A stretch of DNA of 64,000 nucleotides from Myxococcota bacterium. Lineage in GTDB: Bacteria > Myxococcota_A > SURF-8. The notes below the pieces were generated by a model. That model was not told the origin of the DNA. It saw only the letters and a list, made by a program, of their open reading frames with translations, and searched no databases. The DNA lies in contig CAXXQS010000002.1 of the NCBI GenBank assembly GCA_963674735.2, forward strand, positions 1 through 64,000. The letters are read 5' to 3'. How positions within the stretch are numbered: position 1 is the first letter of the stretch; each line of letters starts with the position of its first letter. Made by a program: the position numbers and the translations under genes. Shown piece by piece: positions 39,897-48,432 of this stretch.

Positions 39897-40601
39897 TCAG
39901 TACATACCGTAACTATGCAGTTTGGGAGGTATAGAAATACCAGGAGGGGTCATCTCCCTTACTGAGATAACGGAGGCACTCTGCCCTCCTATTGGCAATA
40001 TTCCTCCTCCCTCTGCAAATGCTGATACTTTTCCAGCGTTCGTATCGTACCCGATACCCACCTGTCCAACTGCCGGAAGTTCCGATGTGGCATATGACAT
40101 TGCCGCATACCACCCTTCAGAAGCATTCTGTGGAGAAAATGTAACGCTTATCGAGAAGCTAATATTTGTAGAAAAACCCACATATTCATAATATATTCCA
40201 GAATCAAAATCATATTGAATGCCAAAATTTAAAAATCCGAAATTGCAATTCAGATCAGCATATTCCAACCCCTCCGGATCCACGAACCACATCGGATTCG
40301 CCCCGGCGTAGCCGTAGAGCGCCCCATGGTCCTGTAGCAGCGGGTCGAGGCTGGTGTAGATGCCGAGTTCGGGGATGTAGCTGCGGTGCCAGTTGTAGAC
40401 GCCGTAGCCCTCGCCGTCGTCGACCTGCCCGGGATAGCGCAGGGGCATGTCGAGCGTCGCTGCCGACACCGTAGCCGCGCCGTAGGCGTCGTAGGTGGCC
40501 TCCCACAGCACCTCGCCCTGACTGCCGATCACCTGCTCGGGCCGCCCCGTGCGCTCGGCGATGACAAAGCCGCGCGATTCCAGGTCATCCTCCAATCCCA
40601 T
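39897..40601 (-). CDS. Orphan Rhs core C-terminal fragment plus variable tip (cassette 3)
   Basis: PLRYPGQ...YNWHRSY...DP...YGYAGANP...DPEGL, then an AT-richer unique tip. The in-frame ATG lies in the REP hairpin. May not be expressed. Confidence 0.8.
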   Translation of the reverse strand: MGLEDDLESRGFVIAERTGRPEQVIGSQGEVLWEATYDAYGAATVSAATLDMPLRYPGQVDDGEGYGVYNWHRSYIPELGIYTSLDPLLQDHGALYGYAGANPMWFVDPEGLEYADLNCNFGFLNFGIQYDFDSGIYYEYVGFSTNISFSISVTFSPQNASEGWYAAMSYATSELPAVGQVGIGYDTNAGKVSAFAEGGGILPIGGQSASVISVREMTPPGISIPPKLHSYGMY

Positions 40602-40669
40602 GGGCAAGCTGCGCTTGGCCCATGCCACCCCATTCGTCATTCAAAGATCAGGGGTTGTCACGGCCACCC
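40599..40669 (-). repeat. Cassette leader made of two GGGTGGC-class REP-like motifs
   Basis: gggtggccgtgacaacccctga...gggtggcatgggccaagcgcagcttgcccatg. Confidence 0.8.
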
Positions 40670-40682
40670 GCCGGGTGCCGAC

Positions 40683-40922
40683 TCAAAACATGTAATATAA
40701 TTGGAGGTATAATTCCATTCCACCAAACAAAGAGAATAGAGATCCTAAAATAATCATGAGCACTTGATTTAGTTTCACGTTGTTATGTTTAGGATACATA
40801 TTTTTAGAGATGTCTAATTGTTTGTCGTACATATGCTTTCCTATTCGCTTATTAAATACAACCATTAACGCCCCTCCAACGTGAAAAGTGAAAGCCATTA
40901 TGAGATTTGAAAAGTCCGACAT
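40683..40922 (-). CDS. Putative immunity protein 2 (2 TM)
   Basis: AT-rich 79-aa ORF with GAGGAGG RBS overlapping the tip-2 stop and two hydrophobic helices. Confidence 0.7.
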   Translation of the reverse strand: MSDFSNLIMAFTFHVGGALMVVFNKRIGKHMYDKQLDISKNMYPKHNNVKLNQVLMIILGSLFSLFGGMELYLQLYYMF

Positions 40923-40932
40923 AATGCCCTCC

Positions 40933-41619
40933 TCACTTTGGGTATCCAAGTTGATTAGAGCCATAATCCCATCTTTCAGAATAGAATACCGATATTTGAC
41001 CTCCAGTTGGCGTGCTTGAACCGCCCCATTCAGAAAAACTCGTTTCTCCCGAGCTATTTCCAGATAAACCGCGTGAATGTGTCACGCCTCCGTAGGAACC
41101 TTGAACGGCTATATTCGTACCTTCATCAATAGGTGAATCATGGGAAAACGTTACTGATACTCCCGGTGTTCCAAAACCAATTCCTAAGTAAGGAAAGAGT
41201 CCCTTTTCAGGATCAACCATCATTCCAAATGAAATTCCAATACCCCATTTTAAAGGAACAAATGCATTTACATCAAAATAACACAGTCCCTCCGGATCCA
41301 CGAACCACATCGGATTCGCCCCGGCGTAGCCGTAGAGCGCGCCGGGGTTCTGGAAGAGCGGGTCGAGGCTGGTGTAGATGCCGAGTTCGGGGATGTACGT
41401 CCGGTGCCAGTTATAGACGCCGTAGCCCTCGCCGTCATCGACCTGCCCGGGATAGCGCAGGGGCAGGTCGAGCGTCGCAACGGACACCTCGGCCGCGCCG
41501 TAGGCGTCGTACGCGGCCTCCCACAGCACCTTGCCTTGGCCGGTCACGACCTGCTCGGACCGTCCCGTGCGCTCGGCGATCACGAATCCGCGCGATTCCA
41601 GGTCATCCTCCATTCCCAT
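40933..41619 (-). CDS. Orphan Rhs core C-terminal fragment plus variable tip (cassette 2)
   Basis: Same Rhs-associated core ending DPEGL, with a different Gly-rich tip. Confidence 0.8.
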   Translation of the reverse strand: MGMEDDLESRGFVIAERTGRSEQVVTGQGKVLWEAAYDAYGAAEVSVATLDLPLRYPGQVDDGEGYGVYNWHRTYIPELGIYTSLDPLFQNPGALYGYAGANPMWFVDPEGLCYFDVNAFVPLKWGIGISFGMMVDPEKGLFPYLGIGFGTPGVSVTFSHDSPIDEGTNIAVQGSYGGVTHSRGLSGNSSGETSFSEWGGSSTPTGGQISVFYSERWDYGSNQLGYPK

Positions 41620-41734
41620 GGGCAAGCTACGCTTAGCCCATGCCACCCAGCCCGTTTTCATCGTTCAGGGGTTGTCACAGCCACCCGTCCGCCAATTCAT
41701 GTGTCGGACAGAAAACCTGTCCGACCTACAGGAC
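41617..41734 (-). repeat. Cassette leader: GTAG REP plus two GGGTGGC-class motifs
   Basis: Minus strand gtaggtcggacaggttttctgtccgacac, gggtggctgtgacaacccctga and gggtggcatgggctaagcgtagcttgcccatg. Confidence 0.8.
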
Positions 41735-41750
41735 TGTTGACTTTTACAGA

Positions 41751-42116
41751 TTAACGCCACAATTGAGCTATTATCAATGCAGAAGGTACATTGTGGTGTG
41801 CTAACATAACTAGGGACAATATCAATGCCGCGTAAACAAGCTTTCGAGAAGACTTCTCAGGAACCTTGCCCCATCGCATTTTCTTTCTTCTGGTGTCCAG
41901 GTTGAAATCGATTTTCCATCGAAAAAGATATACAATGAACGGAAGAAAGGACATCGGAATTCCAAACAACAGAATGAAAACAACCCAAAAATTGCTACTG
42001 TCACCTCCCGCAATGTGTTTATTGATTTCTTCATAGGCTATCTGTACGTACAGAACTAGATTCATTGTAAAGATAATCCAACCGTAAATTCTCTCATTAT
42101 AGTTAAAATTTACCAT
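41751..42116 (-). CDS. Putative immunity protein 1 (about 3 TM)
   Basis: AT-rich ORF whose ATG overlaps the end of tip 1 (ATGGTAA). Three hydrophobic segments. Confidence 0.7.
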   Translation of the reverse strand: MVNFNYNERIYGWIIFTMNLVLYVQIAYEEINKHIAGGDSSNFWVVFILLFGIPMSFLPFIVYLFRWKIDFNLDTRRKKMRWGKVPEKSSRKLVYAALILSLVMLAHHNVPSALIIAQLWR

Positions 42117-43051
42117 TGGCAATCATTCTCAAGTTGTTCCAGATCCTTTTTAAATTGCTCCCGATTTTCTTTAATCTTTTCTAATGCATCAAGTATGTCT
42201 TTGTGTGAAATGTCGTCACTTGTTGCTAGGAGCACCATTGGATTGGAAAGTAAGGCGAAAATAATAGAAACCCCAACAACTGTACCCGTAGGTGGAGCAG
42301 TGGCCACTATCCCTGAAACCGCTCCAGTAAGAAATCCCGCAGTAACAGCTAACACCTTTGTTTTAGTAGAAACTTGAATTCCTAACGTTTTAGCTTGCCT
42401 AATACCTTCAAAAGCTGCATATCCCCCCAAGAATCCTCCAACTAACCCACCGGCAGCTTGAGAAAACCACAACCCCTCCGGATCCACGTTCCAAACCGGA
42501 TTCGCCCCGGCGTAGCCGTAGAGCGCACCGGGATTCTGGAAGAGCGGGTCGAGGCTGGTGTAGATGCCGAGTTCGGGGATGTAGGTCCGGTGCCAATTAT
42601 AGACGCCGTAGCCCTCGCCGTCGTCGATCTGCCCGGGATAGCGCAGGGGCATGCCGAGCGCCGCCACCGACACCTCGGCCGCGCCGTAGGCGTCGTAGAT
42701 GGTCTCCCACAGCACATCGCCCTGGCTGGTCACGACTTGCTCGGGCCGCCCCGTGCGTTCGGCGATCACGAAGCCGCGCGTCCAATCGCCGTCCGACGCT
42801 TTTTCGTAAACCATCTCCGACACGAAGGCCTCCCGATAGACGTAGCGCCGCTTCGCGTGGAATCCGCCGTCCGATTCCAGACCGAACTCCTGCGCCAGTT
42901 CGCCCGAGGGGTAGTACTGAAAATAGGTCCTGCGCACGATGCTCCCTCCGCTGCCGTCCGGCGGCTCCTTGCGGTCCAGGCAAATGCGGCGATTGAGTGC
43001 ATCATAGCGCATTTCCAATACTTTGACCAGCGGCGCATAGGCCCGCGCCAT
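42110..43051 (-). CDS. 5'-truncated Rhs protein (short YD region plus core) with hydrophobic tip (cassette 1)
   Basis: RYDALNRRI, YFQYYPSGEL, RRYVY and the core to DPEGL, then GGLVGGFLGG hydrophobic helices. Start uncertain. Confidence 0.75.
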   Translation of the reverse strand: MARAYAPLVKVLEMRYDALNRRICLDRKEPPDGSGGSIVRRTYFQYYPSGELAQEFGLESDGGFHAKRRYVYREAFVSEMVYEKASDGDWTRGFVIAERTGRPEQVVTSQGDVLWETIYDAYGAAEVSVAALGMPLRYPGQIDDGEGYGVYNWHRTYIPELGIYTSLDPLFQNPGALYGYAGANPVWNVDPEGLWFSQAAGGLVGGFLGGYAAFEGIRQAKTLGIQVSTKTKVLAVTAGFLTGAVSGIVATAPPTGTVVGVSIIFALLSNPMVLLATSDDISHKDILDALEKIKENREQFKKDLEQLENDCQW

Positions 43052-43127
43052 TTCGGGCGTGAGAAGGCCGCCCTGGTCGTTCTTGCCCACCCGAGGATCT
43101 TCGCTTTTCTTTCGAAACCAGTATCGG

Positions 43128-44810
43128 CTATTTGAAATCCGGCCGCACCACCCGGTTGCGTCCGGCGTCTTTGGCGGCGTAAAGGGCGGCATCGGCATCC
43201 GTTAACAGGGTGCTGTCGGTGGATGGGTGAGGGAAAGAGCTGACACCGATGCTGACCGTCTGGATCAGATCGAGCTCGGTGATGGGTGTGTTCGCGCAGG
43301 TTTCACAAATCCGCTGAGCCAGCTCGAAGGATTTTGCCAAATTGCAGGCGGGCAAGAGCACGGCGATTTCCTCGCCGCCGTAACGACAGGGTATGTCACT
43401 GGTGCGAATACTGCGGCGGATGATGCTGGCCACCTCTGTGATAACCTGATCGCCGACGGCGTGGCCGTGGGTGTCGTTGACCCGCTTGAAATGATCCAGA
43501 TCGACCATCAGCAATCCGAGGGACTCCCCGCTTTCCTTGGCATGTTGAATCAGGTGGCTGAAACGGGTGTTGAAAAAGCGTCGATTGAGAATGCCGGTCA
43601 GCGAGTCGAAAAACGCCAGTTCTTCCAGAATCCGGTTTTTACGGTGCAGGTCGTTGTACAATTCTTTCAAGCGCAGGTGGTTGTTGAGGCGCGCATGGAA
43701 TTCCGCCTGGGCAAAGGGGATCTGGATGTAATCGTTGGCGCCCTGCTCCAGACATTCGATGATGCTGTCGTGCCTGCGGCTGTCGGTGACGAGCAAAAGC
43801 GGGATGCTGTGGAAGCGCTCCTGGGCGCGGATCTCACGCACCCAATCGACGCCGATTCCGTCTGGCAGATTCAAATCGATGATGATGACATCCGGGTGGC
43901 TGATGGCCAGATGGGTGCGGCACTCCTCGATGCTGGCGTAGACGGTTGTCGATAACGCGATTTTATCCGCCATTTTGCTGATAATGGAGGCCACCATGGG
44001 GTTGTCTTCCAGCAACAACAGGCTGCCGCGAGCAAAGGTGCGATCCAGATTCGAAAATTTGGTGATGGTGCTCTGAAGCTGCGCGACCTCAACCGGCTTG
44101 GGCAGCATGTCGACCGCCCCGGCCAGAAAACCGCGCTGGATGGTGTCGGGGTCGGCGGAGGCGGAGATGATGATGGCGGGAATGCTGCGAGTGCGCGGAT
44201 TGGCGGCCAGTTCGCGGCAGACATCGAAACCGGACTTACCCGGCATCTGCAGATCGACCAGCACCACTTGGGGGTTGATTTTGGAAATCAGATCGAGCCC
44301 CGCCTCTCCATCGCGGGCGGTATGGACTTCGAAGCCCATGCTACGTACTACTTTGCTCATCACGTCGAGCACCACCTTGCTGTCGTCGATGATCACCGCT
44401 CTGGGGAGTTTTGTTTGCGTATAAAGCTTTTGAGCGGCATGCAGATCGAGCTGGCGCAGGATATCATCCTGTTTGAAGGGTTTGACCAGGATGCCGTCGA
44501 TCTTCTCCAGATCCCATTCATTTTGCAGATCCGTCACATCCATCGTAGTGCTGACAATCACCGTGGGCCGGCAATACCGGTCGGTATTCAATTCGGTGAG
44601 CAGGTCGGAAGGCGAGAAGCCGTCCATCACACCCGGAAACACGATGTAATCGGGCGCATAATCGAGCAGCTGCGTGTAATCATCCGAGGATGTACCGAAA
44701 AACCGCAAGGTATAGAGGCTGGATGTCAGATAGCGTGTCCACAACGACCGGATAACGCCCGAAGCTTCGATAACGGCGATTTTCAGCAGGGGGGACGTGT
44801 GTGCCTGCAT
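43128..44810 (-). CDS. Diguanylate cyclase with three receiver(-like) domains
   Basis: One degenerate and two canonical-looking REC domains, DSLTGILNRR, DLDHFKRVND, RTSD I-site and a GGEEI A-site. Confidence 0.9.
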   Translation of the reverse strand: MQAHTSPLLKIAVIEASGVIRSLWTRYLTSSLYTLRFFGTSSDDYTQLLDYAPDYIVFPGVMDGFSPSDLLTELNTDRYCRPTVIVSTTMDVTDLQNEWDLEKIDGILVKPFKQDDILRQLDLHAAQKLYTQTKLPRAVIIDDSKVVLDVMSKVVRSMGFEVHTARDGEAGLDLISKINPQVVLVDLQMPGKSGFDVCRELAANPRTRSIPAIIISASADPDTIQRGFLAGAVDMLPKPVEVAQLQSTITKFSNLDRTFARGSLLLLEDNPMVASIISKMADKIALSTTVYASIEECRTHLAISHPDVIIIDLNLPDGIGVDWVREIRAQERFHSIPLLLVTDSRRHDSIIECLEQGANDYIQIPFAQAEFHARLNNHLRLKELYNDLHRKNRILEELAFFDSLTGILNRRFFNTRFSHLIQHAKESGESLGLLMVDLDHFKRVNDTHGHAVGDQVITEVASIIRRSIRTSDIPCRYGGEEIAVLLPACNLAKSFELAQRICETCANTPITELDLIQTVSIGVSSFPHPSTDSTLLTDADAALYAAKDAGRNRVVRPDFK

Positions 44811-44964
44811 CTATGTTCTCCAACTGGTAAGTCCGGAAGGTCTACGCTTCCTTGATAGGATCGGAAGGTCAGCCCTCAAACTTGATGTATTTTCATCTTT
44901 ATCGCGATTTTCGAGACAATTCCACTGAAAACATGGGACGAATCTGACCTTGCCAGCGCACATA

Positions 44965-45046
44965 ACTTAACATAATTTTATAAAACTAAGGATAATAAAA
45001 ATAAACTAAATAAAACATTGCATAACTACAAATCCCGCGGTATACT
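44965..45046 (+). promoter_or_regulatory. Strong sigma70-type promoter with A-rich UP element
   Basis: TTGCAT (45018)-17 nt-TATACT (45041), preceded by phased A-tracts. Confidence 0.65.
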
Positions 45047-45112
45047 CGTTTCGTTCGCTGCCGCGAGAAGGCATGCGAGTTCGGGTTCTTCACTTTGGCA
45101 GACGGGTATCGG

Positions 45113-45322
45113 ATGAAATCGCTCACACGCAGGCGCCGACTGGATTACGAAGGCCAGAGCGGCGTGCCCACCAACGTGGTGGTGCCGGTGCTGTACAAAG
45201 AGATGCTGCGCTATCTGTCCGATAAGACGCGCATCCGCCAGAGCGAGTATCTGCGCGAGGCCATTCGCGACGTGTTGCTGAAGTATCGTAAAGATTTTAT
45301 CGGGTCCAAATATCAATTTTAA
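45113..45322 (+). CDS. Ribbon-helix-helix DNA-binding protein
   Basis: TNVVVP strand followed by KEMLRYLSDKTRIRQSEYLREAIRDVLLKY helices. Confidence 0.75.
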   Translation: MKSLTRRRRLDYEGQSGVPTNVVVPVLYKEMLRYLSDKTRIRQSEYLREAIRDVLLKYRKDFIGSKYQF

Positions 45323-45463
45323 CGGACCCTCTTCAATCCCGTTCCTTATTCCTAGTTCCGTTCCCTGGCCCGGAGGTTTTCCCGCCTTCCGGGCCATCCC
45401 GTTTTATGGGGGTTGCCTCAGCGCTCCCGGCAAACACCGATCCGTTCGCTGGTTCAGTGGCGA

Positions 45464-46240
45464 TTACGGTTCCAACTCCGTTTCACCCGATTCGGTTTCG
45501 AAATCCTCGACAAAATCGGTCTCGGCTGTATCGGGTTCAAGCTCGTAATCCCAATCGCCATCGCCGTCGTAGTAACAACGTGTTCCCGATGGATAGTATT
45601 GGGGCCGACAACGACACTCTTGCTCACCTTCGAAAAGAATACATGCATAGCTTGGACAATCCTGTCCTATACATTCGTCGGGTACACACAAACAAGCATT
45701 ACCATCGCAGCGATAGCTGTCTGGGCAGGGATACAGATCGCGATAATCATGATCTTCACTGCTGCATTGCGCTTCAGGCCAAAGAACAGGCTCACAAAAA
45801 GACTTACTCAGACAATGATCCGACCAATCGCAATGGTCCGGGGACCACTCCGAAATCTCATCTTCCGGCAGGTCGGTATCGAGGTCTCCGTTTTCTGCAA
45901 GATCCGATTCCTCGTCGCGGTCGCCTCCATCGGTTTTATCGATCTCATCTTCCGGCAGGTCGGTATCGAGGTCTCCGTTTTCTGCAAGATCCGATTCCTC
46001 GTCGCGGTCGCCTCCATCGGTTTTATCGATCTCATCTTCCGGCAGGTCGGTATCGAGGTCTCCGTTTTCTACAAGATCCGATTCCTCGTCGCGGTCGCCT
46101 CCATCGGTCTTATCGATCTCATCTTCCGACAGAGTGTCAAGATCTCCGCCGGATTCGTCGGGGTTGTTCGAGTTTGTCGTATTCGAACAAGCGACCAGGA
46201 CGCAAAGCAAAACCCATACAAGCAGCGACAGCCGTTGCAT
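45464..46240 (-). CDS. Acidic tandem-repeat, Cys-rich lipoprotein
   Basis: Lipobox LVAC, three 29-aa acidic repeats and a Cys-rich C-terminal module. Confidence 0.7.
   Translation of the reverse strand: MQRLSLLVWVLLCVLVACSNTTNSNNPDESGGDLDTLSEDEIDKTDGGDRDEESDLVENGDLDTDLPEDEIDKTDGGDRDEESDLAENGDLDTDLPEDEIDKTDGGDRDEESDLAENGDLDTDLPEDEISEWSPDHCDWSDHCLSKSFCEPVLWPEAQCSSEDHDYRDLYPCPDSYRCDGNACLCVPDECIGQDCPSYACILFEGEQECRCRPQYYPSGTRCYYDGDGDWDYELEPDTAETDFVEDFETESGETELEP
45855..46128. repeat. 87-bp tandem repeat, about 3.1 copies
   Basis: Units start at 45855, 45942, 46029 and 46116 (partial). Nearly identical. Encodes EDEIDKTDGGDRDEESDLAENGDLDTDLP. Confidence 0.95.
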
Positions 46241-46390
46241 GAAGCACCTCCGAGTGTTGTCCCGTCCGTGATCCTATTGGTAATAATATGATGCACGACA
46301 CAGGGGGCTTGTGTCAAGCCGAAAGCGGAGAAAGTCTGGTCGCAAATTTCGGAGTCCATCATAGATACGCTCCGGCATGGGGGCCATCTT

Positions 46391-47086
46391 CTAACGGCCT
46401 CCGCCATCGTCGCAATGGCCGCCGGTTGCCTGTCCCAGGCTGTCGAGTTCGGGCATGCATTTTCCCACCGGGCAGGTGTCCACCACCTCGCATAGCTCGA
46501 AACAGCGGGGCTCCGACGTCGCCGAATCGATGCATATTCCGGTTCCATCCGCGCCGCAGAATTCGCCGGGAGGATCGCAGACGGGCAGAAGCGCCGAATC
46601 GTCGGGGATACATAAATCCTGACCCAGGCCGTACAGCGATAACGGCATGCAAGGGACACCGCCCGTGCACAAGGTGGGTTCACAAAAATAGCGGGGCACG
46701 CAGTCGCAGGTGGCGGTTTCCGCCACGCATTGTTCGGTCATGATTTCACTCGAACAATCGGACACAGTCGAGGGACAATCCCATGCCTGCCAGAAACCCG
46801 CCTCACTGCAAGTGCACAGAGTCAGAACATCCAGACACCAGGATGGATCGCTTTGCGCATCGCAAGCGCCCGTACAGACGGGAGTTTCCTCCTCCACCTC
46901 GGGCTCCGTTTCTGCATCGGCGTCGCCATCGGTGGTGTCGCCGTCGGTGGCGTCGCCGTCGGACGTATCGCCTTGATCCTTCCCGGAAAAAATCGGATCC
47001 GCCGTGGACGTACAGGCGATGAACGTTGCGAGGCACGCCAGCAACAGCCGGAGTAAAACTCCTCGCAGGATAAGGCTCATTTTCAT
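46391..47086 (-). CDS. Cys-rich lipoprotein with DGD linker
   Basis: Lipobox FIAC, SDGDATDGDTTDGD and a Cys-rich domain paralogous to 47336-48184 (EEETPxC, CDxPxEFCGxD, CxEIC/ELC). Confidence 0.7.
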   Translation of the reverse strand: MKMSLILRGVLLRLLLACLATFIACTSTADPIFSGKDQGDTSDGDATDGDTTDGDADAETEPEVEEETPVCTGACDAQSDPSWCLDVLTLCTCSEAGFWQAWDCPSTVSDCSSEIMTEQCVAETATCDCVPRYFCEPTLCTGGVPCMPLSLYGLGQDLCIPDDSALLPVCDPPGEFCGADGTGICIDSATSEPRCFELCEVVDTCPVGKCMPELDSLGQATGGHCDDGGGR

Positions 47087-47174
47087 CGTAATCTCTTTCA
47101 ACTTCAACTCGAAACCCAATGCTTCAAGCAGGTCTCCAACCGGCTTGCGTCTCAGACACGCAGCAACAGGGCGA

Positions 47175-47304
47175 GACCCCTCCCGGCGAATCTTCGATTC
47201 GCTCCCTCCCGTTTGGCAGGGAGGGAATGGTTCGCCGTTTAGCGGCGAACAACGTTGCCCTCTCCACAAGATGGAGAGGGCCCGCCTCAGCGGATGGGTG
47301 AGGT
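47175..47304. repeat. CCCTCCC/CCCTCTCC palindromic REP-like cluster
   Basis: Hairpins tccctccc...gggaggga, gttcgccg-ttta-gcggcgaac and gccctctcca-caaga-tggagagggc. Confidence 0.55.
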
Positions 47305-47335
47305 CCATTCCTGTTCCATTTAATACAATATAGCC

Positions 47336-48184
47336 TCACAGTTCCAAACAGCCGCCGTCAAATATTTTCCCGCTGGAACTCTCGTTCAGCGGAATGCAGA
47401 GGGCCTCCGCGCCGCAGGTATTGGGCGTGGGTTCGCAGATTTCCATGCAGATCCGGTCGCCGCTTTGGAAGGCCATACAGATGTGGTTTTCATCTCCGCC
47501 GCAAAATTCATTCGGCGTATCGCAATCCGGGCCTTCGGCATCGAAACAGACACCGAAAGGTTGTCCGGGAGTTCCGTAATCGATGCAGGCGATGGTGTCG
47601 GTGCCTGGATCACAGGTATCGATATCGCAGGCATCCACGCAATAATCGATCATGCAGTAGTCGGAGCCTAGTTCTTCGCACTCCTCATTGCTACAACAAA
47701 AGCTATCACAAACGTTGCTACCGCACAGACAACGCTCATACTCAACGCTATTATCGTAGTCACATACGCCTGCCTCGCCGTATTCGCTTAGACAGGTTTG
47801 GTTGCAATCAACGACGATGTACCGATTCGTATCCTCATCGCACCAGCATAGCTCGGTTTCGGACAAGCAAGTCGGAAGATCTTCGCCGTATACACAAGTC
47901 TCCGGGCAGGCCGGAGTTTCCTCCTCCGCCTCCTTCTCCGCTTCCACGTCCGTTTCGCCAGAGCTATCCAAATCTCCATCGCCGGGCAGATCCGCGTCGC
48001 CCGGCACGTCACCGTCGAGCGTATCTCCATCGGGCGTATCGCCGTCAGAGGCGTCGCCGTCGGACATATCTCCGTCGGAGGCATCGCCATCGGCTTGCGC
48101 GGCATCGTCGGAACTGCAGGCGACAAAAACGGCCAGTAGCAGCAAGGCACAAAGCAACCACGGAATTTGTTTGCAGAGACGCAT
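47336..48184 (-). CDS. Cys-rich lipoprotein with DGD linker
   Basis: Lipobox FVAC, (xxDGD)x7 linker and a Cys-rich domain. Confidence 0.75.
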   Translation of the reverse strand: MRLCKQIPWLLCALLLLAVFVACSSDDAAQADGDASDGDMSDGDASDGDTPDGDTLDGDVPGDADLPGDGDLDSSGETDVEAEKEAEEETPACPETCVYGEDLPTCLSETELCWCDEDTNRYIVVDCNQTCLSEYGEAGVCDYDNSVEYERCLCGSNVCDSFCCSNEECEELGSDYCMIDYCVDACDIDTCDPGTDTIACIDYGTPGQPFGVCFDAEGPDCDTPNEFCGGDENHICMAFQSGDRICMEICEPTPNTCGAEALCIPLNESSSGKIFDGGCLEL

Positions 48185-48432
48185 GGCGATTCCTCGTTGG
48201 GGTCCGGCTTTGGTGGCGGGCGTATCCTAGCGGAAACGCTAGCATGCCTGCATGAGGCTGTCAAGCTCTAACCGAATCATAATTGGTGCGTAGCGGTTCG
48301 CGCAACCGGCGCTTGGCGACACGGTCGACCGCCGTGTTTTCCGGCTCATAAACGCCGAGACGGCCGCGCCTGGCGACCGTCTCGGATAAAAAAAATACAA
48401 ACGAGGAAAGCAAGGAAGGATTCGGTGGATGC

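Noticed and set aside
39331-41750. Integron attC cassette array
   Set aside because: The repeats lack the RYYYAAC...GTTRRRY box structure and no integrase is present. They look like REP hairpins.
40266-42780. Diversity-generating retroelement TR/VR pairs among the Rhs core copies, or the cbpA-end copy
   Set aside because: The differences are not adenine-specific and no reverse transcriptase is in the window.
45855-46128. Possible CRISPR array
   Set aside because: Contiguous 87-bp in-frame units with no unique spacers and no cas genes. It is a coding tandem repeat.
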